Under the pieces are notes generated by a model. That model had not been told where the DNA came from, did not search any database, and saw nothing but the letters and a program-made list of their open reading frames with translations. Shown one piece after another: positions 14,001-20,076 of a stretch of 58,448 nucleotides of DNA. A program made the translations under genes and the position numbers. Every line of letters starts with the position of its first letter. Positions within the stretch are counted from its first letter, which is position 1. Origin of the DNA: an uncultured bacterium (lineage in GTDB: Bacteria; Acidobacteriota; Thermoanaerobaculia; Multivoradales; JAHZIX01); assembly GCA_965368975.1 (NCBI GenBank), contig CBDUPA010000029.1, positions 1 through 58,448 of the forward strand. The letters are read 5' to 3'.

Positions 14001-17000
14001 ACTACCGGGATCTGCCCCTCCGCCGGCAGGATGTCTTGCGCCCGCAGCGCTTGCGAACCGTTGGACGCCGCCGGTGGCGGGCGCTCCAGGACCAGTCCCA
14101 GATCGGCTTCCTCGGCCATCACTTCCAGCCGCTGGCGCGGGTAGGCTGGATCCAGCGGTACATAGGCAGCTCCGCTGCGCAAGACGGCCAGCGTCGCGAG
14201 GATCATCTCGGCCGAACGCTCGAGCAACAGGCCGACGCGCACTTCCGGCCCCGCCCCCGCTGCGCACAGGTGGGCACTCAGGTGCTCGGCAGCCACGACC
14301 AGCGCGCGATAGCTCCAGGTCCGGTGACCAGCCACCAGTGCGGCGGCATCGGGCGTTCGAGCCGCTTGTTGGCGGAAGGCGGCATAGAGACTGGCAATCT
14401 CGCTCTCGGGCAACCAACAAGAGCGGGTGTCGTTCCACTCGTGGTGCACCTGGTGCACCTCGGCTGGACTGAGCAGCGGTATCGACGCCGCGGCAGCCTC
14501 CGGCTGCTCGAGCAAGCGCGGCAGCCAGGTCTCGAGCGCTGTCCACCAGCGGCGCACGCTGGTGGCGTCGAAGAGGTCGGTGGCATAGCTCAGCTCGCCG
14601 GCCAGCTCGACGCCCCTCTCGACCTCCTCCAGTCGCACCTGCAACGTCAAGTCGAACTTCTCGCTCCCTGTCGTCTGCTCGCAAGCCGTGACGTCCAGGC
14701 CGGCCAGCCTCGGGGCCGGCAGCGGCGTGTCGTTCCACGCCAGCATCGCCTGGAACAGCGGCGGGCGTCCGGCCTCGCGCGGCGGTGCCAGCTCGGCGAC
14801 CAGCTGCTCGAAGGGCACGCGCTGGTTGGCATGCGCTTCGAGCATGACGTCCCGCGCGTGCGCCAGCGTGGCCGCGAAGCTGCGGCGCGAGTCGACATCG
14901 AGACGCAGCACCAGCGTGTTGACGAAGAAGCCGATCAGGGGTTCGAGCTGCGGCAGCTCACGCCCCGCCACCACCGTCCCGAGGGCCACGTCGCGCTGAC
15001 TGGCCAGGCGTCCGAGCAACAAGGCCCAGGCACTCAGAAGCACCAGGTAGGGCGTGGCGCCGTGCTGGCGAGCGGCCGCTTCGAGACGGGCCATCGACGC
15101 GGCATCCCAGCGCAGGGGCAGCGCCGCGCCCCGGAAGCTCTGCGCCGCCGGTCGCGGGCGGTCGACGGGCAATTCCAGCGGCTCGATTCCGGCCAGGCGG
15201 CGACGCCAAACTTCCAGCTCCTTGGTCACCGCCGCCGAACCGGTACGCAGCCAGCCCCGCTGCCAGACCGCGACGTCGGCGACCTGGATCGGCAGCGGCG
15301 GCAGGACATCCCCGGTGCCGTCGTAGAAGGCGCTCAACTCGCGCGTCAGCACGCCGATCGACCAGCCATCCGAGATGATGTGGTGCTGGTCGAGCAGCAG
15401 GCGGTGGTGGTGCGGCCCCAGGCGCAGCAGTCGAGCCCGCAGCAGCGGACCGTGCGCCAGGTCGAAAGGCTGGCAGGCTCCGACCCGTTGCAAGGTCGCG
15501 GCCAGCGCGAGGGCACCCTCGCTTGCCGGCTCCGACGTCGCCGGTGAAACCAGGCCGGAAAGGTCGATCACCGGCAAGACCACGCGAGCCTGTACCGCCG
15601 GCCGGACTTGCTGTACCGGCCCGGCAACATCCTGCGGCTGCGGAAAACTGGTGCGCAGGATCTCGTGACGGCGCACGACACCAGTCAGGGCCGCCGCCAG
15701 GATGCGCGCGCGCAACCTACCGCGCAGGTCGAGAACCGCCGGCATGTGGTAGACGGGGCTGCCTGGTTGCAGCTGGTCGAGGAACCACAGGCGCTCTTGA
15801 GCTGGCGCCAGCGGCAGAGTGGACTGGTGTAGGCCCTCCGCGCTGCGCGGAAGCGCTTCGAGCGGCGGCAGTTCACTGCGCCGCGCCGCCTCGACGGCTG
15901 CGGCGATGCCCGCTACGGTGGGTGTGTTGAAGATCTCGGACAGCGGTAGATCGACCCCGGCGTCCCGGCGCAGTCGCGCCGCCAGGCGCGCGGCGAGCAA
16001 GGAATGACCGCCGAGCTCGAAGAACGAGTCGTCGCGGCCGACGCCCTGCACCTTCAGGAGTTCCTGGAACAGGGCCGCGATGCGGGCTTGCTCCGGTCCC
16101 GCGAGTGCACCACTGTCAGCGCTGCCTTCTACAGTCAGCTGGGACGCCCGCTGCGCCAGGGCACGGCGATCGATCTTGCCGTTGGGCGTCAGCGGCAGCG
16201 CACCGATGACTTCGATGCGGGACGGCACCAGCGGTGCCGGCAACGTCTCGCTCAGCGCCCGGCGTAGCTCTTCCGTCAGCACGCCTTCGTCTGGCGCCTC
16301 TTCGACGGGTTGCTCCTCTCGCGGTCGCTCTTCTCGTGGCTGCTCTTCCGGTGACGGGGCCTCCACGGGCACGACGAAGGCGACGAGACGATCACCGGTG
16401 ACCACGACCACCGCCTCGCCCACCCGTGGCTGCGCTGCCAGGGCCACCTCGACCTCCCCCAGCTCGATGCGGAAGCCTCGGACCTTGACCTGCCGGTCCA
16501 TGCGCCCCAGGAAGTACAGGCGACCGTCGCTTCCCCAGCGCAACCGGTCACCCGTGCGGTAGAGGCGTGCGCCGGGCGGCAAGCCGGCGGAAATCGACTG
16601 CGCCACCGACAGCGGCGCCGGGACGAACTTCTCCGCCGTCAGGGCCGGTCGCTGCAGATAGCCGATCGCCAGACCCTCGCCGCCCAGGTACAACTCGCCG
16701 ACGCCGCCCAGGGGCAAGACCTCGCCATGGCCGTCGAGCAGGTAGGCACGACTACCCGCGACGCCCTTTCCGACCGACGGGATCGCCTCGTCCGCGCTCA
16801 CGTGGGCCACGGTCGAGTACGTGGTGTCTTCCGAAGGTCCGTAGAGGTTGAACACGCGGATGTCCGGAAGGCGAGCATAGAAGGCGCGCACCAGTTCCCC
16901 GGGCAAGGGTTCGCCGGCCAGGTTGACCACCCTCACCGAAGCCGGCAGTGCGTCCAGGGCCAGCAGTTCACGTCCGGCAGACGGCACGGTATTGACCAAG

Positions 17001-19780
17001 GTCACGGCGTCGAGCAAGGCGGCCTGACGCTGTGACGCCAGGTCAGTCCCGGTCGCGTTCGAGGTCTTCAGCCGTGCCAGGGCCAGCGCATCTTCGACCA
17101 GGACAAACCGATCGCCGCTGGTCAGTGGCAGGAAGAACTCGAACACCGACAGGTCGAAACTGATCGAGGTCGCCGCCAGCATCACCGCGCGCTCCGCCGG
17201 CGTATAGAAGGAACGCGCCCACGTCAGCAGCGCGATCACCGAGCGGTGGCGGATCACGACACCCTTCGGGCGACCGGTCGAGCCGGAGGTGTAGATGATG
17301 TGACTCGCATCGTCGGGCGTCACGCGAGCTGGAATCGGCGCGGCCTCCGGTGCGTGACCGGTACGCGGCACCACCTCGACGACGCGGCCGTCCGCGTCGA
17401 GCGACACGCGGGTCACCTGCGCGTGAAGTGCCTCGGCCGAGTCGGAATCGACAGCCGCTTCGACGGGCCGTATCGCGACGATCGCCCCCGCATCTTCGAG
17501 CAACCATTGCCGTCGTTGCTCCGGATACGCCGGATCGACCGGCACGTAGGCGGCACCGGTCTCGAGCACCGCCAACAAGGCCGCGACCAGGCCCGGCGTC
17601 CGCGGCAAGCTCACCACGACGCGCTCACCTGGACCAGCACCGTGACGCCTGAGTTCCTCGGCGAGGGTCTCGACGCGCTGCCACAGCTCGCCGTAGGTCA
17701 GGGTTGTGATCGATGCGCCATCGCTAGAAGGACCGCCTTCAGAATCGCGAGTACCTGGACTCTCGACGATCCACTCCAGCGCCACCGCTTGCGGGCTCTG
17801 GCGTGCTTGCGTCGCCACCATGATCGGCACCGGAGCCGGGACGAGCCGAGCCCGGGCGAGCAGAGACAGCGAGCTGTGGCCATCGTGGTTCCACTCGGCG
17901 AGCAACTGGTGTCGCTCGCCGGCGGCCAGCAGCGGCAGCTGCCAAGGCGCCAGCGACGGCGATGCGAGAGCTTCCCGCAGCAGCTCGCGCCAGCTCGCCA
18001 GCAAGCGGCTCGCGGTGGTGGCGTCGAACAGGTCGCTGCTGAACTGCAAGGCAGAACACAGCACCGGAGTTTCCGCTGCCGTGCCGGCTGCGGTTGCAGA
18101 CAGGCGACGCGGCACGCGCGCCAGACGCAACACCAGGTCGAAGGGCGTGAAGCCGTCGTCGTAAGGAACCGATTCGAGTTCCAGCGCTCCCGCCTCGACC
18201 TTGCCACCCCCCAGGCCCAGCGCAAAGGCACCCAGGCCTTCCTCCTCGCGCCGCTGCGCCCGCTGCAGCACCAGCATGGCCTGGAACACCGGGGAGCGAC
18301 TGGTATCGCGCGTGCCTTCCGAGGCGCCACCGCCGGCCGCCTGCAGCCGCTCGGCGAGACGCGCGAAGGGCAAGTCGGCGCTGTCGAAGGCCGCGGCGAC
18401 CGTCGAGCGCATCTGCTGCAACAACTTGTCGAAGCTGTCGGTTTCGAGGTCCAGCGGCAGGGCCAGGGGATTGACGAAGTAGCCGACGATCCGCGTCCAC
18501 TCCGGACGCACTCGGCCCAGCGATGGGACACCGACGATCAGCCGCCGCTGCCCCGCGAGACGCCCGAGCAAGGTCCCCCAGGCACTGAGCAAAAGCACCA
18601 GTGGGGTGACTCCGGCACTTCGCGCCGAATCGTCGATCGCCGCCGTCAACTCGGGGCCAAGGCTGCCTGTGTCGGCCGGCGTGCAGACGCCGCCGCGGAA
18701 GCTCTGCACGGGTGGACGCGGACGATCCGCCGGCAAGTCCAAGACCAGCGGGACGTCACGCAGGCGATGGAGCCAGGCCGTCTCCAGACGCGCTCCGTCT
18801 CGGCGCAGGCGGGCGGCTTGAGTGCGCACGAAGTCGCCGTAGTCGACTTGCACCGGTCCTTCATCTTCGACGGGATCCGCGGCCTCCAAGTCCCCCGTCT
18901 CCCGAGCATAGAGGCGGCCGAGTTCGCGCACCAACAGGCCCAGAGACCAGAAGTCGGCGATCAGGTGATGAACGACCAGCAGCAGCACCGGACGAGTGTC
19001 CGCCCGAACCCCAGTTCCGGTGGCCGTCTCCAGCAGGGTCAGGCGCAGCAACGGCCCCGTCTCGAGGTCGAAAGGCTGCTCGACGAGTTCGCGCAGTCGC
19101 GTCGTCAGATCCTGTCCCGGTGGCAGCGCGGCGAGGTCCAGGCGTGGTGATCTCGAGGCGGTTCGACGCCGCGGTTCGCCGTCGATCTCCGGCAGGGCGA
19201 TCGACAGCTCCGGCTGGTGCACCACCAGAGCCGCCAACGCGCGCTCGAGCGCCGGTACGTCCATCGAGGCGCCGGTACTCGGTCGCAATCGTGCCGCCGC
19301 GGCAATGTGGTAGGCAGCGCTGTGCGGCGCCATGCGCGACAGCAACCAGAGGCCTCGCTGCCCCTCGGAAGGCTGATCCGGCGCGACTGTCGTTTCCGCC
19401 TCGTCGACCTCTACGGTCGCCCCGCTAGCACCCAGGTTCGCCTCGGCGTCCGGTTTCGGCTCGGCGTCCGGTTTCGGCTCGGCAGCCTGCACCTCGCTCA
19501 CGAGCAGGCTGTCGAGCAACAGGTGACTGAGGCCGTTCAGGTCGAGGCCGTCGAACACCGCCTCCAGCGACACTTCGACACCGAAGTCGCGCACCAGCTG
19601 GTGCTGTAACTCGACAGCGGCGAGCGAGTCCAACCCCTGCGCGGTCAGCGCCACGTCAGAGCGCACAGCAGCCAGTTGACAACCCAAAGCAGCCGCCAGG
19701 CGACGCTTCAAGTCAGCCCGCAGTAACGGTACGCGCTCCTCTGGCTCCAGAGAGCCCAACAAGTCCCGACGGATCCGCAA
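1..19780 (-). CDS. Giant multimodular non-ribosomal peptide synthetase, 3' partial (>6590 aa): ACP-C-A-T-C-A-T-C-A-T-C-A-T-C-A-T-C-A(partial)
   Basis: Manual minus-strand translation from TTG at 19780, with AGGAGG at 19787-19792, 6 nt upstream. The ACP motif GLDSL, five GGHS PCP serines (codons starting 16003, 12682, 9187, 5785, 2221) and the YTSGSTGKPK at the window edge all lie in the same frame. Six HHxxxD C-domain motifs. Absent from the ORF track, consistent with no stop codon before the edge. Confidence 0.95.
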   Translation of the reverse strand, partial: MRIRRDLLGSLEPEERVPLLRADLKRRLAAALGCQLAAVRSDVALTAQGLDSLAAVELQHQLVRDFGVEVSLEAVFDGLDLNGLSHLLLDSLLVSEVQAAEPKPDAEPKPDAEANLGASGATVEVDEAETTVAPDQPSEGQRGLWLLSRMAPHSAAYHIAAAARLRPSTGASMDVPALERALAALVVHQPELSIALPEIDGEPRRRTASRSPRLDLAALPPGQDLTTRLRELVEQPFDLETGPLLRLTLLETATGTGVRADTRPVLLLVVHHLIADFWSLGLLVRELGRLYARETGDLEAADPVEDEGPVQVDYGDFVRTQAARLRRDGARLETAWLHRLRDVPLVLDLPADRPRPPVQSFRGGVCTPADTGSLGPELTAAIDDSARSAGVTPLVLLLSAWGTLLGRLAGQRRLIVGVPSLGRVRPEWTRIVGYFVNPLALPLDLETDSFDKLLQQMRSTVAAAFDSADLPFARLAERLQAAGGGASEGTRDTSRSPVFQAMLVLQRAQRREEEGLGAFALGLGGGKVEAGALELESVPYDDGFTPFDLVLRLARVPRRLSATAAGTAAETPVLCSALQFSSDLFDATTASRLLASWRELLREALASPSLAPWQLPLLAAGERHQLLAEWNHDGHSSLSLLARARLVPAPVPIMVATQARQSPQAVALEWIVESPGTRDSEGGPSSDGASITTLTYGELWQRVETLAEELRRHGAGPGERVVVSLPRTPGLVAALLAVLETGAAYVPVDPAYPEQRRQWLLEDAGAIVAIRPVEAAVDSDSAEALHAQVTRVSLDADGRVVEVVPRTGHAPEAAPIPARVTPDDASHIIYTSGSTGRPKGVVIRHRSVIALLTWARSFYTPAERAVMLAATSISFDLSVFEFFLPLTSGDRFVLVEDALALARLKTSNATGTDLASQRQAALLDAVTLVNTVPSAGRELLALDALPASVRVVNLAGEPLPGELVRAFYARLPDIRVFNLYGPSEDTTYSTVAHVSADEAIPSVGKGVAGSRAYLLDGHGEVLPLGGVGELYLGGEGLAIGYLQRPALTAEKFVPAPLSVAQSISAGLPPGARLYRTGDRLRWGSDGRLYFLGRMDRQVKVRGFRIELGEVEVALAAQPRVGEAVVVVTGDRLVAFVVPVEAPSPEEQPREERPREEQPVEEAPDEGVLTEELRRALSETLPAPLVPSRIEVIGALPLTPNGKIDRRALAQRASQLTVEGSADSGALAGPEQARIAALFQELLKVQGVGRDDSFFELGGHSLLAARLAARLRRDAGVDLPLSEIFNTPTVAGIAAAVEAARRSELPPLEALPRSAEGLHQSTLPLAPAQERLWFLDQLQPGSPVYHMPAVLDLRGRLRARILAAALTGVVRRHEILRTSFPQPQDVAGPVQQVRPAVQARVVLPVIDLSGLVSPATSEPASEGALALAATLQRVGACQPFDLAHGPLLRARLLRLGPHHHRLLLDQHHIISDGWSIGVLTRELSAFYDGTGDVLPPLPIQVADVAVWQRGWLRTGSAAVTKELEVWRRRLAGIEPLELPVDRPRPAAQSFRGAALPLRWDAASMARLEAAARQHGATPYLVLLSAWALLLGRLASQRDVALGTVVAGRELPQLEPLIGFFVNTLVLRLDVDSRRSFAATLAHARDVMLEAHANQRVPFEQLVAELAPPREAGRPPLFQAMLAWNDTPLPAPRLAGLDVTACEQTTGSEKFDLTLQVRLEEVERGVELAGELSYATDLFDATSVRRWWTALETWLPRLLEQPEAAAASIPLLSPAEVHQVHHEWNDTRSCWLPESEIASLYAAFRQQAARTPDAAALVAGHRTWSYRALVVAAEHLSAHLCAAGAGPEVRVGLLLERSAEMILATLAVLRSGAAYVPLDPAYPRQRLEVMAEEADLGLVLERPPPAASNGSQALRAQDILPAEGQIPVVPWPSSLAAAPTGESAPTLAGEPHVVTPSALAYVMFTSGSTGRPKAVGVPQQAVLRLILGTGTGSGQSNPYVRFTADETWLQAAPTAFDAATLEIWAPLLRGGRLVVHRGAVTPPRLDATLSRHGVTSAWLTAGLFHQLVDQAPEVLRPLRQLVSGGDRLSPLAVRELQQRHPHLTLVDGYGPTENTTFTTCHRIQALGAGAVPIGRAIAGTSVYIVDRQLHPVPLGSAGELCTGGLGLARGYLGRPSATAAVFVPNPFATLGSQRLYRTGDRARLRADGVAEFFGRLDQQIKVRGFRVEPGEVETVLAKHPALSAVAVVALPDPAGGQRLAAALVGTDTADRAGSVPEPAQLRAYLASRLPDFMVPALWQSLEALPLNANEKVDRRALVERLQVGATRSARAYVAPSTAYEAALVSVWQQVLEVERVGIEDDFFELGGHSLLATRVVSQVRELLDRELPLRTLFDHPTPARLALVLEGTLGSAKAPKLEPVPRTAEGLPASFSHWPLSFGQQRLWLLDQLIPGSTVFNITAAMRLRGRLDRPALAHALAAVRARHDVLRTHFAEVPEGVSQIPAVQVVVPADGRDVCMLLPRVDIGGLSASARERELTRLAQVHARLPFDLQHGPLLRAALVTLDAAPTLAHPTGPGSPASPGSEVPGEQDQALLLSLHHSIGDGWSAGVLVDDLSAFYAAAPALRPLTVQYTDYTVWQRSWLQGEVLEAELAHWRQALEGVPQVLELPTDRPHLADQGFRGGLLTFDWPRPPGLDALAQQLGATPFMVLLSVFQAWLGRLTYQQQLLVGSPVAGRNRAEIEPLIGFFVNLLVLRGDLRSQAGGLPSLRQLVQRVRAVTLDAYAHQDLPFERLVEELVDTSEGTDLSRPPLVQVVLALQNMPFELRLPGLEVEMLPRTADGSRFDLSLSFEEIERADQAWLRGEAEFSSDLFDEVTIQRQLAHLRVLLEAALTASDTPLDELPLLTRAERHQAVWEWNDTRVQRSEFGLQGTRRGAREAAFVHQRIAEQARRQPHAVAVTGGGWTASVPRVLTYGELQARAGRLAGYLRQQGVGPETLVALCLARTSHERVVAALAVLQAGGAYLGLDPEHPAQRLALLIEDAAAPVVLTESRLRSLLPDEILPASVEVLCLDTPDCWQALEEVPSDARQEPELSAANLAYVVYTSGSTGKPKGVQTPHAGLSNLVDWHQHQYALTPADRATQVASPAFDAAVWELWPYLAAGASLHIPNAETRLSSIGMLDWWRRERITLPYLMVALAEGVMAEPTHTDPRLAARALIIGADRLRRRPHPNAVFAAMNHYGPAEYSVTCTVVKVAPAVAGVDASTHRLPSIGRALDNTQIYLFGPRGSAGSRVEPVPIGVTGELYVSGVGLARGYHRHPVTTAQSFVPHPLAGHGDGSIPAGARVYRTGDLVRALPDGDLDFLGRADFQVKLRGLRIELGEIETVLEALPGVRDCAVLVREEGSGRQLLVAYVVHGATQDGSSTQDGSDSPDGTVDETSDDLRAGLEVELPAYMVPAVFVLLDALPLSPNGKVDRRALAALPLPSTSLTDGGHADERQAPRGPQEEILAGIFARVLGVDQVGRGDDFFALGGHSLLATRVTSSVRELLGRELPLRALFEHATVARLARHLDGEDAQVAAPPLEAVPRSAEGLPALPGYEAGWPLSFGQQRLWLLDQLLPGSTVYNVPVALRLRGRLDRRAFSVALAAVRARHDVLRVRFEPSRRDASEAVQVVAPAERRSASAAGQLPCLDLGCLGAERESELLRLASALAARPFDLRRGPLLRTVLVVLDAEDQALLLNLHHSVGDGWSAGVMLQEIAQFYQRGSGALAPLLLQYTDFAIWQRGWMQGETLEAELRYWREALQGVPQVLELPTDRQRAETPSFRGGLVAFEWPRPPGLDALCRQLGATPFMVLLAAFQALLGRWTHQRRLLVGTPVAGRARAEIEPLIGFFVNVLVLPADLRAAADRDEVAVGLRALVRRARAVTLEAYAHQDLPFERLVEAVTERGGTAGQSALSRPPLVQAALALQNLPFRLELPGLEVELLPVTAGGARFDLSLALQEVEVKGGRRRLRGEAEFSADLFDAVTIRRLVRHFHVLLQAALDAPEAAFEQLALLTPAERAQVAWEWNDTQVAQPHPRPVHERIPDRIAEQVRLRPHALALADGRRFLTYGELGARALRLAHYLRALGVGPESLVAICLPRESAERVIGALAVLQAGGAYVALDPSHPAERLAFMIEDAAALAVLTQVRLRSLLPEGTETLCLDRDWPKIEAWDSGSVGQARPLPAVEPYNLAYVVYTSGSTGKPKGVQTPHVGLSNLVDWHQRQYSVTADDRATQVASPAFDAAVWELWPYLAVGASLHIPDAETRLSSPGMLDWWRRERITLPYLMVALAEGVMSDPGHVDPKLAARALIIGADRLRRRPHPDAVFAAMNHYGPAEYSVTCTVVRVLPQGAREGLPSIGRALDNTDIHLLDRQGEPVPIGVTGELYVGGVGLARGYHRRPGRTAQSFLPHPYAGTSVSAGGVAPAGARIYRTGDLVRYLPDGDMDFLGRADFQVKLRGLRIELGEIESALSKHSRVADCAVLVREEAGAAVVEGQVVTGQVATGAPLQQLVAYVTPGHTAERADGETPTAQELSHFLQAKLPAYMVPVAYVFLDALPLSPNGKVDRKVLAEPRYAPSAEVVAGEGAGVGNELLPLEALLAGIFADVLGIEQVGLHDDFFALGGHSLLATRVVSRMRAVLSRDVPLRALFDRPTVAQLAALLTSTEQHVEAFAAAPPLEAVPEELRARYEVEGWPLSFGQQRLWLLDRLWPGSALYNIPSSLRLHGGVDRHALATALDALRARHAVLRTTYRAVSSQPVQHVAPARPQCLPWIDLQALPAAAREVEARRLVDADARRPYDLQRGPLLRTALAVLSDQDQVLIAGFHHIAGDGWSSGILVRELATLYAALAGVLAQAEAAGEAGGVESTGTLPEVLPELAIQYTDFALWQRDWLQGDVLAAEIEHWRRRLEGVPQVLELPFDRPRGTAGDERDFDGALVPFRWRLGARDLAAGPSLDALCRQLGATPFMLQLALFQALLGRISHQRRLLVGSPVAGRGKLETESLIGFFVNMLALRADLQPEEAAGEGVQAGPSLRQLVSRVREVTLDAYAHQDVPFERLVEALAETGQAGPGEAAEPGGTIGAGRQIDRAPLFQVVFALQNMPPAELQLPGVRIEVMEAETGTAKFDLTLTVQEAMGGYEGVAEYNRRLFDAVTVQRLLGHLQVLTAEALAAPDAAFDRLPLLSPAERHQAALEWNDTAIAHPPAPLVHERVAAQARQRPDAVALSGSILSRPGDAGTHVLSYGELDARATRLAGHLRAHGAGPDVLVALCLDRTTPERVIAALAVLHAGAAYLGLDPDHPAERLAFMIEDAEAPVVLTETRFRHLLPDGGAQILCLDVPEFWSSLGRNSRRVDSSERVQEVPAESREALQLSPENLAYVVYTSGSTGKPKGVQTPHAGLSNLVDWHQRQYSVTANDRATQVASPAFDAAVWELWPYLAAGASVHIPDAETRLSSPGMLDWWRRERITLPYLMVALAEGVMSDPGHVDPKLAARALIIGADRLRRRPHPDAVFAAMNHYGPAEYSVTCTVVRVQPEGRRRGLPSIGRALDNTEIHLFDPSAGGIGQPVPISVTGELYVGGVGLARGYHRRPGRTAQSFVPHPYAGRGTASAGARLYRTGDLVRALPDGDLDFLGRADFQVKLRGLRIELGEIESALAQHPDVVDCAVLVREEETQGGGRLQQLIGYVALRDVTLKDETDDALAADALAADALAADALAANLNRFLETRLPAYMVPVAYVALDALPLSPNGKVDRKALAAARYAPEASALQAAGGGAAERALTPAETVVAGVFAEVLGLEHVGPWDDFFRLGGHSLLATRVISRLRDVLGRELPLRALFDRPTVAQLTVLLAEELLAEETTTDAVISASAPPLRPVAAELRARFDAEGWPLSFGQQRLWFFDQLMPDSALYNVPASLRLRGRLDRHALAAALDTIRARHAMLRVTFEAAEDAGALGAVQRVVPPLQTQGTGLPWIDLQALPSSAREAELQRLVAADARRPYDLRRGPLFRTALAVLAEDEQALLAGFHHIVGDGWSGGVLVRELAELVAGRELPPLALQYIDFAVWQRDWLQGEVLESQIEHWRQRLEGAPRVLELPSDRPRQADQSFEGTLLPFTWHAPVEALCQQLGATPFMVLLAAFQALLARITHRRDLLVGTPVAGRNRAEAEPLIGFFVNMLALRGDLHPDSEGYGDAGQPAPSLRQLAARSRETTLDAYAHQDVPFERLVEALTQAQPDEERDLSRPPLFQVVFALQNLASDTLELPGVQIETLPAITGTAKFDLTLTVEEGASAGSDTGSEVYSGVAEYNRDLFDRVTVQRLLHHLQILTAEALAAPDAVFDRLPLLSPAERHQAALEWNDTAIAHPPAPLVHERVAAQARQRPDAVALSRSIPSRPGDAGTHVLSYGELDARAARLAGHLRAHGAGPDVLVALCLDRTTPERVIAALAVLRAGAAYLGLDPEHPAERLAFMIEDAEAPVVLTETRFRHLLPDGGAQILCLDVAEFWSSLGGESLEVRSSKKVREVPADYREFPESLSPENLAYVVYTSGSTGKPK
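2110..5585 (-). other. NRPS module 5 C-A-T; A pocket DAWYIGHVTK (Leu-like, unknown substrate)
   Basis: HHIAGDGWS; FDAAVWE, ITLPYLMV, ALIIGADRL, NHYGPAEYSVT; NGKVD; FFRLGGHSLL. Confidence 0.9.
2504..2564. repeat. 15-bp tandem repeat (AGCGCGTCGGCGGCC, ~4 copies) encoding (DALAA)x4 in the NRPS A subdomain
   Basis: Units at 2511, 2526 and 2541, partial at 2556, plus a partial upstream copy. Confidence 0.9.
5675..8990 (-). other. NRPS module 4 C-A-T; A pocket DAWYIGHVTK
   Basis: HHSVGDGWS; same A-core motifs as module 5; FFALGGHSLL. Confidence 0.9.
9075..12490 (-). other. NRPS module 3 C-A-T; A pocket DAWYIGHVTK
   Basis: HHSIGDGWS; FDAAVWE...ITLPYLMVALAE...LIIGADRL...NHYGPAEYSVT; FFALGGHSLL. 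Confidence 0.9.
12570..15815 (-). other. NRPS module 2 C-A-T; A pocket DALWVGGTFK, probably Val
   Basis: HHIISDGWS; FDAATLE, SAWLTAGLF, LVSGGD, DGYGPTENTTF; close to the known Val code DA(F/L)W(I/L)GGTFK; FFELGGHSLL. Confidence 0.8.
15890..19780 (-). other. NRPS initiation: ACP, acyl-accepting C domain, A (DLFNNALTYK, Ala), T
   Basis: AQGLDSLAAVELQ (ACP-type motif); HHLIADFWS; FDLSVFE, LVNTVPS, VNLAGE, NLYGPSEDTTY match the known Ala code; FFELGGHSLL. Confidence 0.85.
19442..19483. repeat. 18-bp tandem duplication encoding AEPKPD x2 in the ACP-C linker
   Basis: CTCGGCGTCCGGTTTCGG x2 followed by CTCGGC. Confidence 0.85.
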
Positions 19781-19887
19781 CGACACCCTCCTAATGGCTG
19801 ACGCCTAGAGGCTAGTGTTCGCGGACCCCCTGAATACATCAAACGGCGCCAGTAAATACTGACACCGAAAAAGCAGAAACCTCACTG

Positions 19888-19916
19888 ATCATACTCGGCC
19901 TCGGGTGCTGGTGCAA
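19888..19916 (-). promoter_or_regulatory. sigma70-type promoter for the giant NRPS
   Basis: Minus strand TTGCAC-N17-TATGAT, ~110 nt upstream of the start, in a locally AT-rich spacer. Confidence 0.7.
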
Positions 19917-20076
19917 ACCACACTCGTTGCGGGATTTCGCCTATGCAGAAACGAATAGGGACAAAAAGTGCCGCGCGATGCGGTGTGCCCCGAAAGGAGG
20001 TCTCGGGTCCTGGTTCTCGCCGTCGCGCGGCTAGCTGAGAGTTCGTTCGGTCGCCACGCGCCCCCGTGGCAGCCCA

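Noticed and set aside
689-19150. Long plus-strand ORFs over the NRPS (e.g. 2222-3892, 13931-15547, 17246-19150) and the many short minus-strand ORFs
   Set aside because: These are antisense or off-frame shadows of a GC-rich gene. They have no recognisable motifs, while the unlisted minus-strand frame holds all NRPS motifs.
1-19780. Possibility that the NRPS is fragmented or a pseudogene because it is missing from the ORF track
   Set aside because: The start codon, all five PCP serines and the terminal A3 motif share one frame. The ORF is omitted because it has no stop within the window.
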